NCBI RefSeq assembly: GCF_004010195.1
Contig: NC_057757.1
Coordinates: 4,710,428 to 4,754,932 of the forward strand
Length of the DNA stretch: 44,505 nucleotides
Source of the DNA: Chiloscyllium plagiosum
Lineage: Eukaryota
Reading direction: 5' to 3'
Shown here: positions 1 through 10,682 of the stretch, piece by piece
How positions within the stretch are numbered: the first letter of the stretch is position 1
Layout: each line of letters opens with the position of its first letter
Made by a program: the position numbers and the translations under genes
Notes under the pieces: generated by a model
The model's input: the letters and a program-made list of their open reading frames with translations, nothing else
What the model was told of the DNA's origin: nothing
Database searches by the model: none

Positions 1-261
1 ACCCACACAGACACGGGGAGAATGTGCAAACTCCACACAGACAGTCGCCCGAAGCCGGAATCTATGACAACTCAATGCTGCAGGTAAACTGAAAGTCTGG
101 GTGTATGCACACCTCGTCTGAGATTTGTTTGAATTTAACAGGAAGAATTTCAAGTTCTGCTTTTTACAAGGCGTGGGTGTTGCTGGCTGGGTGAACATTT
201 CTTGCCCAACCCTAATTGCCCTGAGAACATGTTGGTAGATTGCATCCCCATAATACTGCAG

Positions 262-1205
262 ACAGAAACACTCACTCACACATTCTCACACATTTACACA
301 CACACACTCAGACAGTCTCACACACCAAGTCTCACACATGCACAGACACGAATTCTCACACACATACATAAACAAACACGCACATACACAAACAAGACAC
401 AATGTCACACACATTCACAAACACACACAATCTCTCACACATATATGAACACAATCTGACACATCCACTCCAACACATAAACAAATGTGGGCGGCACGGT
501 GGCACAGTGGTTAGCACTGCTGCCTCACAGCGCTTGAGACTCGGGTTCAATTCCCGCCTCAGGCGACTGACTGTGTGGAGTTTGCACGTTCTCCCCGTGT
601 CTGCGTGGGTTTCCTCCGGGTGCTCCGGTTTCTTCCCACAGTCCAAAAAATGTGCAGGGCCAGGTGAATTGGCCATGCTAAATTGCCCGTAGTGTTAGGT
701 AAGAGGTAAATGTAGGGGTATGGGTGGATTTCGCTTTGGCGGGTCACAAACAATCTCACATTGAAACACACACTCACAATCTCACATTGACACACACTCA
801 CAAGCTCACACTGACACAATCTCGTGCTTACATACACTCAATGTCATGTTCACACAAACTCACTGACAAAACACACACACACACTTCTCTCTCTCTCCTA
901 CACACACATTTACATTCTCTTTCACACACAATGTCAATCGCACATACCCAATTATATACTCTCTCTTGCACACATACACACGCTCTTTCAAACAGACACA
1001 CATTTTTTTTTCTCTCTCTCTCACACACACGCATACAGTCACACACAGAAACATTGCAAGTAAGATATACACAGAGACATAAACACCCAAATACAGAATC
1101 ACACATATAAATCCCCCAAAAGTTGAAACACATTGAAATACATATGCAAACACAAACACACTCATTTAAACACACACACATGCATACAAATACACACATG
1201 TACAG
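262..1205. repeat. Degenerate CA-rich low-complexity tract split by a SINE
   Basis: Imperfect (CA)n/(CT)n throughout; explains the His/Thr- and Val/Cys-rich ORFs. Confidence 0.9.
489..745 (+). mobile_element. HE1-like tRNA-derived V-SINE
   Basis: Head GGCGGCACGGTGGCACAGTGGTTAGC, B box GGTTCAATTCC, V-domain TGTGTGGAGTTTGCACGTTCTCCCCGTGTCTGCGTGGG; partial minus-strand copy at 1-62, partial plus copies at ~7281-7390 and ~24760-24975. Confidence 0.85.
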
Positions 1206-1470
1206 GTACATCTGGAGTACTTAATAAAAACTCTGATCCTCTGACTTGAGGAGAGATGAAGTTGCATTGGAGGCAGTTCAGAGCAGGTTAACCCGATTGA
1301 TTCCTGAGATTGAGGGGTTTGTCTTACGCAGTGAGATTGAGCAGTTTAGGCCTATACTCTCCAGAAGAATGAGAGATGATCTAATTGTCTAGAACAAACT
1401 AAAGGGAACTGACAAGGGAGACGGAGAGAAGATGTTTCCCCATGTGGGGAACGAGAGGTCACAGTTTTAG

Positions 1471-3060
1471 GATAACGGGCGGCAGATTTAAACCAGAGAT
1501 TAGGAGGAATTCATTCCCCCGGAGTGTGGTGGCTGTTGGGACACGGAGTAAATTTAAGGAGAAGGCAAACAGTTAGTAATGGGTTCAGAGGAGCGAGCAG
1601 GAAAGTGGAGTTGAGGCTGGAATGAAATCAGCCATGATTGTAATAAATGTGGGGCTGGAATCAGATCAGCCACGACCATATTTAAATGGTGGAACAGGTT
1701 GAATAGCCTTCTCCTGTTCCCAGCTCTTACATTGCAAGGTCACATGTTGTTAAACTTGAGAGGGTGCAGAAAACATTTACAAGAATGTTGCCGGGTTTGC
1801 AGGGTTTGAGTCAGAGGGAGAGGCTGAATTGGCTAGCTTTATTTTCCCTGGAGCATTGGATGTTGAGGGGTGACCTTATACAATCATGAGGGGCATGACA
1901 AGGTGCATAGCCAAGGTATTTTTCATAGGGTAGGGGAGACCAAAATTAGAAGGCACAGGGTTTAGGTGAGAGAGAAAAGATTTAAAATGGACCTTAAAAA
2001 CAACTTTCTCACACAGAGAGTAGTGCGTGTGTGGAATGAGCGGTCATAGAAAGTGGTGGGGACTGGTACAATTACAACATTTAAAAGGCATCTGGATGGG
2101 TATATAAATAAGAAGGATTAAGAGGGATTTGGGCCAAGTGCTGGCAAATGGAACTAGATTAATTTAGGATATCTAGTTGGCATGGACGAGGTGGAGCGAA
2201 GCATCTGTCTCTATGCTGTACATCCTTGTGACTCTTTCTCCTGCCCACACCAGAGATAACAGAGCTGCCATCAGTCCCTCACTTTCTCGGACTGTGATAG
2301 CATTAGGCAGGACGGGCACTGGCATGCCCAATGTTCAGCACTGCACCTGCTATGAGAAGATGCACTCAGACCATGGCAGGTCCTGTGGAGACCCAGAAAC
2401 ATCCATGTCATAACAAAGCAACAAGAAACATTGTTTATTGAGCTCTGACATGGTGTCATCTCAGATTCAAAACGTTAACTCTTGTTTTCTCTCTCTTCCA
2501 CAGACCCACAGTTGACCTTGGCTGGGATAGGAATCAAATCCGTGCTGCTTGTTTCACTCTGTACTGTTAATCAGTCATCCAGCCAACTGAGCTAAGTGAC
2601 CACTGCCAGTTACTGCCACTGGCAATGTATTCGTAACATGCCAGTACCTCCACCTCTTGTCTATCTTCTGTCTCCTGCAGATTTGGGTGGCATGAGCACA
2701 GATTGTATAGTAAGCGACCACTCTCTCAGATTGAGAGGTCGTGAACTGTATATGAATTGGCCAAGGGAGAGGAGAGGCAGTAAACAAAACCGATTGAATG
2801 GAGTCAGCATGTAAAGGATTGTGGTAGAAGGTGCTGAATAAAGGCAAAGTTTAACTGTGTAAAAACCTGAAGGGGGAAGTGAGAACATTGCAACCCAATG
2901 GTCTCGTGGCACTGCTCTGCTTCCCAGTCATTTTTCTGCAAGAAATGGTAAGAAATGGGTACAGAAAGCACACAGAGAAGAGACTTTCTAAGAAAAGATA
3001 ATCCCTGGAAAAGGTCAGCTGATCACAAGTTATGGAAGGCTGACCTTCGTGTGCTTCTGC
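1471..3060 (+). repeat. Copy 1 of a diverged ~1.6-kb direct duplication
   Basis: Colinear with 5530-7153 across LINE/LINE/unique/SINE-head junctions. Confidence 0.9.
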
Positions 3061-3086
3061 ATGGTGGAAGGTCTAGCTGTCCCCTG

Positions 3087-3137
3087 NNNNNNNNNNNNNN
3101 NNNNNNNNNNNNNNNNNNNNNNNNNNNNNNNNNNNNN
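3087..3137. other. Assembly gap
   Basis: Run of N. Confidence 1.
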
Positions 3138-4429
3138 TGGAACATAAATTTGAGTTATATGGGCTAAATGCAGGCTGTTGAGGCTAGTTCCAGTTAGGAA
3201 ACCTGGTTGGCGTGGACAAGTTGGGTTGAAGGCTCTGTTTCCATACTGTATGACTCTGACTTTAGCAGCCTATTGTAATTGACATTACATTAGGTTGTGC
3301 CAGTACACTGGAGAAATTATTTCAAAGATAAATACATGCATTTACACTACATGTTAAGCGGCAATTGGATAGGTACATGGATAGGTGCTTAAGCTAGGAC
3401 AAATGTTTGGCACAACATCGTGGGCCGAATGGCCTGTTCTGTGCTGTATTGTTCTATGTTCTATGTTCTACGTTCTAAATGCTTAACACCTAATGAAGTT
3501 TACACTGCCGAAATGTTGATTCTCCTGTTCCTTGGATGCTGCCTGACCTGCTGCGCTTTTCCAGCAACACATTTTCAACTGTGCAATAGCACTGGAATTA
3601 CAGACAAAATTGCATGCTCAATAAAAGCCTGGGTGTGAGTTTCCTTCCATCAGCATGAAATACTAACATTGTGGCAAATCCAAAAATGCTCAGGCAATCT
3701 GGGGCAGTAAAGGTCGAGGTTGGTGTTGTGATGTTGATTGAAGGATGAACACACTGACCAGGGCATTAAGGAGTTCCTGCTTGCTGATCTCCAAAATAAT
3801 GCCAGAGGAGGTTTCACATCCATCCATGCAGGAATGGGGGCCTCTGTTTATCATTTCATCTGGGAGGCAGCAGCACTAACAACACAGCTCTCCCTCAATG
3901 CTGTACTGTAGTTCCAGCCTTGGTTTTTCTGCTTCAGTTTTGTAGTACAAAGTGAATGCAGAATCTTGTAACTTTAAGATAACCATGCTACCAATAAATT
4001 AGCCAGAACTTATACTTTGGTATGATGAAAGGCCAATTTAAAAAAATATAGTTATTTTCTCTTACAGTGACGAATGTTGGTCATGCCAGTGAACATAACA
4101 ATTCAATCTCAACAACTGCATCCCAATCTTTATATTTGTCCCACGCTCTTGTCTTTGATTCTGTTGCCTTTTCTTCTTTCAAATTCTGTTGTGTTGGAAA
4201 CTCCTACCACTTAAGAATTTTGTGAAGTTGTTTCTGTATTGTTGCCGGTCTTTATCCATTATGTAGAGGTACCACGGAATTTTCTGCCCTACTTTGATCG
4301 GTGTTAGACACTTATTCAAAAGATTGCAAAAGAAAATCTTGTTTGTGGTTTTAAACATATGAGCATCTGGGAAATGGGGGCAAATACTTGCCAAGCCAGT
4401 AACATCCATATTCAGCAGAGTACGGGAAT

Positions 4430-5000
4430 AGGATAGTTAAGAAGGCATATGGGACACTTAGTTTCATCAGTTGCGGCATAGGATACAACAGCAAGGAGGT
4501 AATGTCAGAGTTGTACAGAGTGTTGGTCAGACTGCAACTGAAGTACCGTGTGCAGTCCCGATCACCTCACTATCGGAAGAATGTGAGAGTGCGAGAGGGG
4601 GTACAGAAGAGGTTCACCAGGATGTTGCCTGGAATTGAGAAATTGAGCTATGAGGAGAGACTATATAGGCTTGGATTGTCTTCTTCAGAGCAGTGAAGAC
4701 TGAGGGAGGGACAGGATTGAGGTGTATACGATTGAATGGTATGGACAGGGTGAACAGAAAGCAGCTGTTCCCTTTAAGTTGATGGGTCAATCACGAGGGG
4801 CATAGCTTTAGGATAAGGGGCAGGGGATTCAGAGGGGATTTGGGAAAAATCCTTTTCACTCAGCAGATGGTGGGAATCTGGAATGCAATGCCCACAAAAG
4901 TAGTGGAGACTGGAAACCTTAAAACCTTATAAAAAAATTTGGATCAGTACTTCAAATATCATAACATTTAAGGATATGGAACGAATGCAGGAAATTGGTT
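4430..5000 (+). mobile_element. CR1-clade LINE 3' RT fragment
   Basis: LYRVLVRLQLKY...[11 protein letters not shown]...YEERL. Confidence 0.85.
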
Positions 5001-5529
5001 GCCAGCTTTCCAGTGAAAACCATTCCAGTCTTTTTAACCTTTCCTCACAGCCAATGCCCTCGAGACCAGGCAACATGGTGGTGAACCTTCTGTACTCTCT
5101 CTCCAAAGAGGCGAAGAAGTATTGCTCTGAAAGCTTGTGATTTCAGATAAATCTGTTGGGCTATACCTGATGTCGTGTGATTTGTGACTTTGTCCTCCCC
5201 AGTCCAACACCAGCATCTCCACACCATGGCAATCATATGCAGTGAAAGTGAAAGACCAGATATAAATCATGGCCACAGGAACATATGCATAACTGGAGAG
5301 GTTGTACCTCAAGGCCAGGTGACTGAGCAAGATGTGAATTCACCACCCGCACAGACACAAGTCAGCCACTGATACAGGGGTCTACTGTATATTTCCATTA
5401 ATGGAAATGGAAAAACAACAGGTAACACAGCAGTAACAAATGATGTAGGAATGACACTTCCCAGGGAAGAAACATTACTCTAATGAACATCCAATAACAA
5501 AGTGCACGCTTACACTATCTGGCCAACCA

Positions 5530-7153
5530 GATAACGGGCAGCAGATTTAAAACAGAGATTAGGAGGAATTACTTCTCTCAAAGAGTCGTGAACCTGTGGA
5601 ATTCACTCCCCCAGAGTGTGGTGGCTGCTGGGACATGGAGTAAATTTAAGGAGAAGATAAACAGTTAGTAATGGGTTAAGAGGAGCGAGCAGGAAAGTGG
5701 AGTTGAGGCTGGAATGAGATCACCATGATTGTAATAATTGTGGGGCTGTAATCAGATCAGCCACGGCCTTATCAAATGGTGGATCAGGCTGAATGGCCTT
5801 CTCCTGTTCCCAGCTCTTACATTGCTATGTGCTCTGTTGTTCTATGCATACGTTGTTAAACTTGAGAGGGTGCAGAAAACATTTACAAGGATGTTGCCGG
5901 ATATGCAGGGTTAGAGTCAGAGATAGAGGCTGAATTGGCGGGCTTTATTTTCCCTGGAAGATTGGAAGCTGAGGGGTGACATTATACAATCATGAGGGTC
6001 AAGACAAGGTGCATAGCCAAGGTCTTTTTCATAGGGTAGGAGAGACCAAAATTAGAAGGCACAGGGTTAAGGTGAGAGAGAAAAGATTTAAAAGGGACCT
6101 TAAAAACAACTTTTTCACTGAGAGAGTGGTGTGTATGTGGAATGGGCTGTCAGAGAAAGTGGTGGAGGCTGGTACAATTACAACATTTAAAAGGCATCTG
6201 GATGGGTATATGAATAAGAAGGGTTTAGAGGGATTTGGGTCAAGTGCTGGCAAATGGAACTAGATTAATTTAGGATATCTGGTTGGCATGGACGAGGTGG
6301 ACCAAAGCATCTGTTTCTATGCTGTACATCTCGTGACTATTTCTCCTGCCCACACCAGAGATGACAGAGCTGCCATCAATCCTTCCCTTTCTTGGATTGT
6401 GAGAGAATTAGACAGGACGGCCATTGGGATGTCAAACATTCAGCACTGCACCCGCTATGAGAAAATGCCCAGGGACCATGGCAGGTCCTGTGGAGACCCA
6501 GAAACTTCCATGTCACAGCAAAGCAGCAAGAAACATTATTTATTGAGCTCTGACATGGTGTCATCTCAGATTCGAGACGTTAACTCTTGTTTTCTCTCTC
6601 TTCCACATACTCACAGTTGACCTTGGCTGGGATAGGAATCGAATCTGTGCTGCTTGTTTCATTCTGTGCTATAAATCAGCCATCCAGCCAACTGAACTAA
6701 CTGCTCACTGCCAGTTACTGCTACTGGGAATGTATTCTTAACATGCCAGAACCTCCACCTCTTGTATACCGTTAGACTCCAGCACGTATGGGTGGCATGA
6801 GCACAGATTGTATAGTAAACGACCACTCTCCCAGATTGAGAGGCTCTGAAATGTATGTGAATTGGCCAAGGGAGAGGAGAGGCAGTAAACAAAACAGATT
6901 GAATGGAATCAGCATGTAAAGGATTGTGATGGAAGGTGCTGAATAACTGTGTAAAAACCTGAAGGGGAAAGTGAGAACATTGTAACCCAACGGTCTCGTG
7001 GCACTGCTCTGCTTCACAGTCATTTTTCTGCAAGAAAAAGTAAGAAATGGGAACAGAAAGTCGACATAGAAGAGACTTTCCAAGAAACGACAGTCCCTGG
7101 ACAAAGACCAGATGATCACAAGTTATCAAAGGCTGATCTTAGTGTATTTTTGC
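5530..7153 (+). repeat. Copy 2 of a diverged ~1.6-kb direct duplication
   Basis: Colinear with 1471-3060. Confidence 0.9.
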
Positions 7154-7769
7154 ACAATTTCTGACAATGACCACTGTACCAGTTAGAATCATAGAATCTT
7201 AGACAGGACATTCAGACCATTGAATTTACACCGACCGTCCAAAGAGCATCTTATCCAAGCCCATCACTGCATTTCCCATCTGTGGTTAGCATTGCTGCCT
7301 CACAGCACCAGGGACCCTGCCTCTGGTGACAGTCTGTGTGGAGTCTGCATATTCTCCCCATTTCTGTGTGGGTTTCCTCTGGATGCTCTGCAAATGTACA
7401 TGTTCCCTCTTCAGAAATGGTGCGATTTTGCTGTGATGAGAGACTGGATAAGCTCGAGTTGTTTTCTTTAAAGCAGAGAAAGCTGAGAGGAGACCTGATA
7501 GAGGGTCAATCGTGAGGGTGCTTTAATTTAAGGTGAAGGCCCCTCCTGCTCCCCCATCTGATCTATATAAACCTTCACCTCCCTACTTTACCTGTATTGA
7601 GTAAACATATCAGGTTAGTAGTTCAAACTGTCAGTGACTTCCCAACTCCGTATTACCCCTTTTCCTTCAATGCTCTACCATCCACCCCACCTTATATTTT
7701 GTTGCCCACCCTTGACAACTGTAATATCCCCTGCATCCCAGCATGGTATTTCCAATCGCCACTAAATCA

Positions 7770-8485
7770 GGACAGGTCTTATACACTCAATGGTAAGGTC
7801 CTCGGGAGTGTTGCTGAACAAAGAGACCTTGGGGCACAGGTTCATGGTTCCTTGGTGGAGCCACCAGCAGACAAGGTGGTGAAGAAGGCATTTAGTTTGC
7901 TTGCCCTTATTGGTCAGTGCATTGAGTACAGGAGTTGGGAGGTCATGTTGTGGCTGTACAGGACTTTGGTCAGACCACGTTTGGAATACTTGCGACATGA
8001 AGGATGTTGTTAAACTTGAAAAGGTGCAGAAAAAAATGTTTCTGGGGTTGGAGGGTTTGCGCAACAGAGAGAGGCTACCTCAGGCTATTTTCCCTGGAGT
8101 GTTGGAGGTTGAAGGGTTACCTTATAGAAGTTTATAAAATCATGAGGGGCATGGATAGGGTGAATGGCCAAGGTCTTTTTCCCAGGGTGGGGGAGTCCAA
8201 ATCTGGAGGGCATATGTTTAAGGTGAGAGGGGAAAGATTTAAAATAGACCTAAGGGGCAACTTTTTAACACAGAAGGCGGTGGGTGTGTGAAATAAGCTG
8301 CCAGAGGAACTGGTAAATGTGGTTACACCTGCAACGTCTAAAATACACTTGGTCAAGTATGTGAATAGGAAAGGTTGAGAGGGATATGGGCACAATGCTG
8401 GCAAATGGGACCAGTTTAGATTGGGAAATCTAGTCAACATGGATTAGTTGGGCCTAAGGCTCTGATTCTGTGCTGTATGACTCTG
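7770..8485 (+). mobile_element. CR1-clade LINE 3' fragment
   Basis: EQRDLGAQVH...VVKKAF...LYRTLVRPRLEY plus 3' UTR; related fragments at ~1745-2235, ~5850-6340, ~10815-11815 and ~37755-38150. Confidence 0.88.
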
Positions 8486-8764
8486 TGGCCACTCCCCTCA
8501 GATTTTGAGACATGACCATTTTCTAAAAGCATGTGCAGTTTGTTTGCCACGTAGATGCAAGTGCGGGAAGGAATTGAAGGATATGGTGGCGAATGAGATG
8601 AAAGGGGTGTGAGGTGAGGTTGGTGAGGGTATCCCCCAATGGAAAACCCCATAAAATTGGTGAAGGCACCAACCTAATTTTGTACACTTCAAAATGGAGG
8701 ATCAGTCCCTTCATTTCCAAACATTACTGCTCTCTCCCTCTGGGCCACCATCGACTGGTTGGGA

Positions 8765-9093
8765 GTGGCGCAGTGTCTCAGTGGTTAGCACTGTTGCCTC
8801 AGTGTGCAAGAGACCCAGGTTTAATTCCATCCTCGGGGATTGTCTCTGTGTGGAGTTTGCACGCTCTCCTTGTGTCCGTGTGGGTTTCCTTCCACAGTCC
8901 GAAGATGTGTGGGTTAGCTGGATTGGCCACGCTAAATTGCCCATTGTGTCCAGGATGTTCAGGCTCGGAGGATTAATCATTGGAAATGTAGGGTTATAGG
9001 GCGGAGGGATGAATCTGGGAGAGACCCTGTTTGGAGGGTTGGTATGGACTCGATGGGTGGAATTGCCTGCTTCAACATTGTGGGGATTCTATG
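8765..9093 (+). mobile_element. HE1-like V-SINE
   Basis: Same head, V-domain and 3' tail (...GGATTCTATGA); ends approximate. Confidence 0.8.
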
Positions 9094-10427
9094 ATGGGGC
9101 TGGTGTGAGATGAATATAGCCTGAAATCCTATAGCAACATGTCCACCCTCTTGACTGATACGTTGCCTGTTGTTGTGCCTATGCTAAAGTGCCAGGCACA
9201 ACAGAAACACCGTTAGTCTTTTAGCTCAGGCTGGGTGACAGCAAAGCAAGGATAGGCAAGGAGGAGATTGTAAGAGAATCTAGGTAATGCATAATCTAGG
9301 TAAGGAGTGAGTGCCAAGAGGAACCCTGAGCTGCAGCCTGGTCCAGGAGCTGGGTGCCACTCCCTGCCTGCATTGAGAAGAGCTGGTCCAAAGTGCGGCA
9401 CCGTACATGAATCAGAGAGGTGCCAATCAGGATGCATTTAGACTGGTAGCTGCCTGATGCCAGACTCCATGCACATGGGGTATACATGGTCACTGCCTGT
9501 GGAGTGTGTCCTGAGATGTTGCTAGTGGGTATCCAAGCTGGAGGACTGTAGGAGCAGGCAGTTGCCCAGTGACCATTCCTGGCTTTCACAAGGAGTTCTC
9601 AACCTCTAGTTTCCTGGTGGTGGGCGGTTGAATGGGCAACTGCAAATCAATGAAGTGAGATTGATCAATATTGAGGATGGTAATGCAAGACAATTAGTGC
9701 AAATAGGTCTCTCGCCACTCACTAGCAAGAATCTGATTGGAAATCAGAACTTCATACTCTTAACAATGAGAAGCTCATTGCTGGATACTCATCCAATTTT
9801 CCCAACTATTTTCCCAACATCGTATCATTCAAGGCTTGTGAAGATTCTGCCCTATCACTCCAAATCCTGATCACTTACTGAAGAGGAGATTTGTCTCACG
9901 TTGTTCCTGGCTGTTGGGCCAATTTCCTTATATTTGCAACCTTGGATTATCGGACCCTCAACTGATTATTCGCAGGGGCACGTGTGATGCAGTGGTAGGG
10001 ACCTTACTTCTGAGAGTTCCAATGGTGGTGGTTTAGCCTGAGGGTCACCATGCCAAGGGCAAGATTGAGAAGGTGGGACCTTTGTATTGATATGTGATTA
10101 TTATGGCTCAGAGACAGGGTCCTGGTGGTAGTGCCCATGACTCTGAGCCAGGAGGTCCAGGTGCAAGACCTGTGCATGATATCCTTGAACAGGCAGACTA
10201 GGGGAAAAAGATCGATTCTCAAAACAGTGATGGTGGGATAGGAGGGCGAGATTCAGAAAGCAAATGTGGAGAAGACAATGATAAAGGAAGGGGCAGGGTC
10301 CTACCCACATTTGAGGGGCACTCCAATATCGAACACACAACGTGAACCACCTCTACTCTGTCCCTCCTCCCTGCCTGATGTCGAAACAGTTAGAACAGAA
10401 TTTCCTGTGAGATGGCATGTCAGCTGT

Positions 10428-10444
10428 TTCCCCAGAAAAATCCC
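10428..10444 (+). promoter_or_regulatory. Overlapping STAT6-type (TTC-N4-GAA) and kB-like motif
   Basis: TTCCCCAGAA at 10428-10437 overlaps GAAAAATCCC at 10435-10444; motif match only. Confidence 0.4.
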
Positions 10445-10464
10445 TGGTTTCCTTTTCTGTTTCA

Positions 10465-10472
10465 TATATAAA
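10465..10472 (+). promoter_or_regulatory. Putative TATA box of the LOX gene
   Basis: TATATAAA about 60 nt upstream of the ATG, in non-repetitive sequence; implies a TSS near 10495-10500. Confidence 0.6.
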
Positions 10473-10532
10473 CACTGCATCTGCTTTCCTTGCCACACCG
10501 TCAGAGGTTGGAAGTTCTGCCAGTGCTAGAAT

Positions 10533-10682
10533 ATGATCACTTACAAAGTCATGATTGAGACTGGGACAGGCTTGTATGCAGGAACCAAGAGTTATGTCTT
10601 CTGCACCCTGATCGGAGAGAGGGAGAAGAGTCACAAGGCTAGTGTGAACAGATGGCTGCACAATGACTTGAAGCGGGGAACT
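10533..10682 (+). CDS. LOX exon 1 (PLAT N-terminus)
   Basis: [50 protein letters not shown], then donor GTGAGT at 10683; 150 nt, phase 0. Confidence 0.93.

Noticed and set aside
356..692. Recurrent ORFs such as GNLAWPIH..., LALLPHS... and tRNA-like heads across the window
   Set aside because: They are V-SINE copies. There is no full cloverleaf, so they are neither tRNA genes nor a protein family.
202..1211. His/Thr-rich and Val/Cys-rich ORFs
   Set aside because: They are translations of CA/TG low-complexity sequence and a SINE.
2575..2847. About 90-aa ORF open in both duplicate copies (FSTFYHNPLHADSIQ...)
   Set aside because: Many differences between copies are non-synonymous, and its end runs into a tRNA-derived SINE head (~2515-2596).
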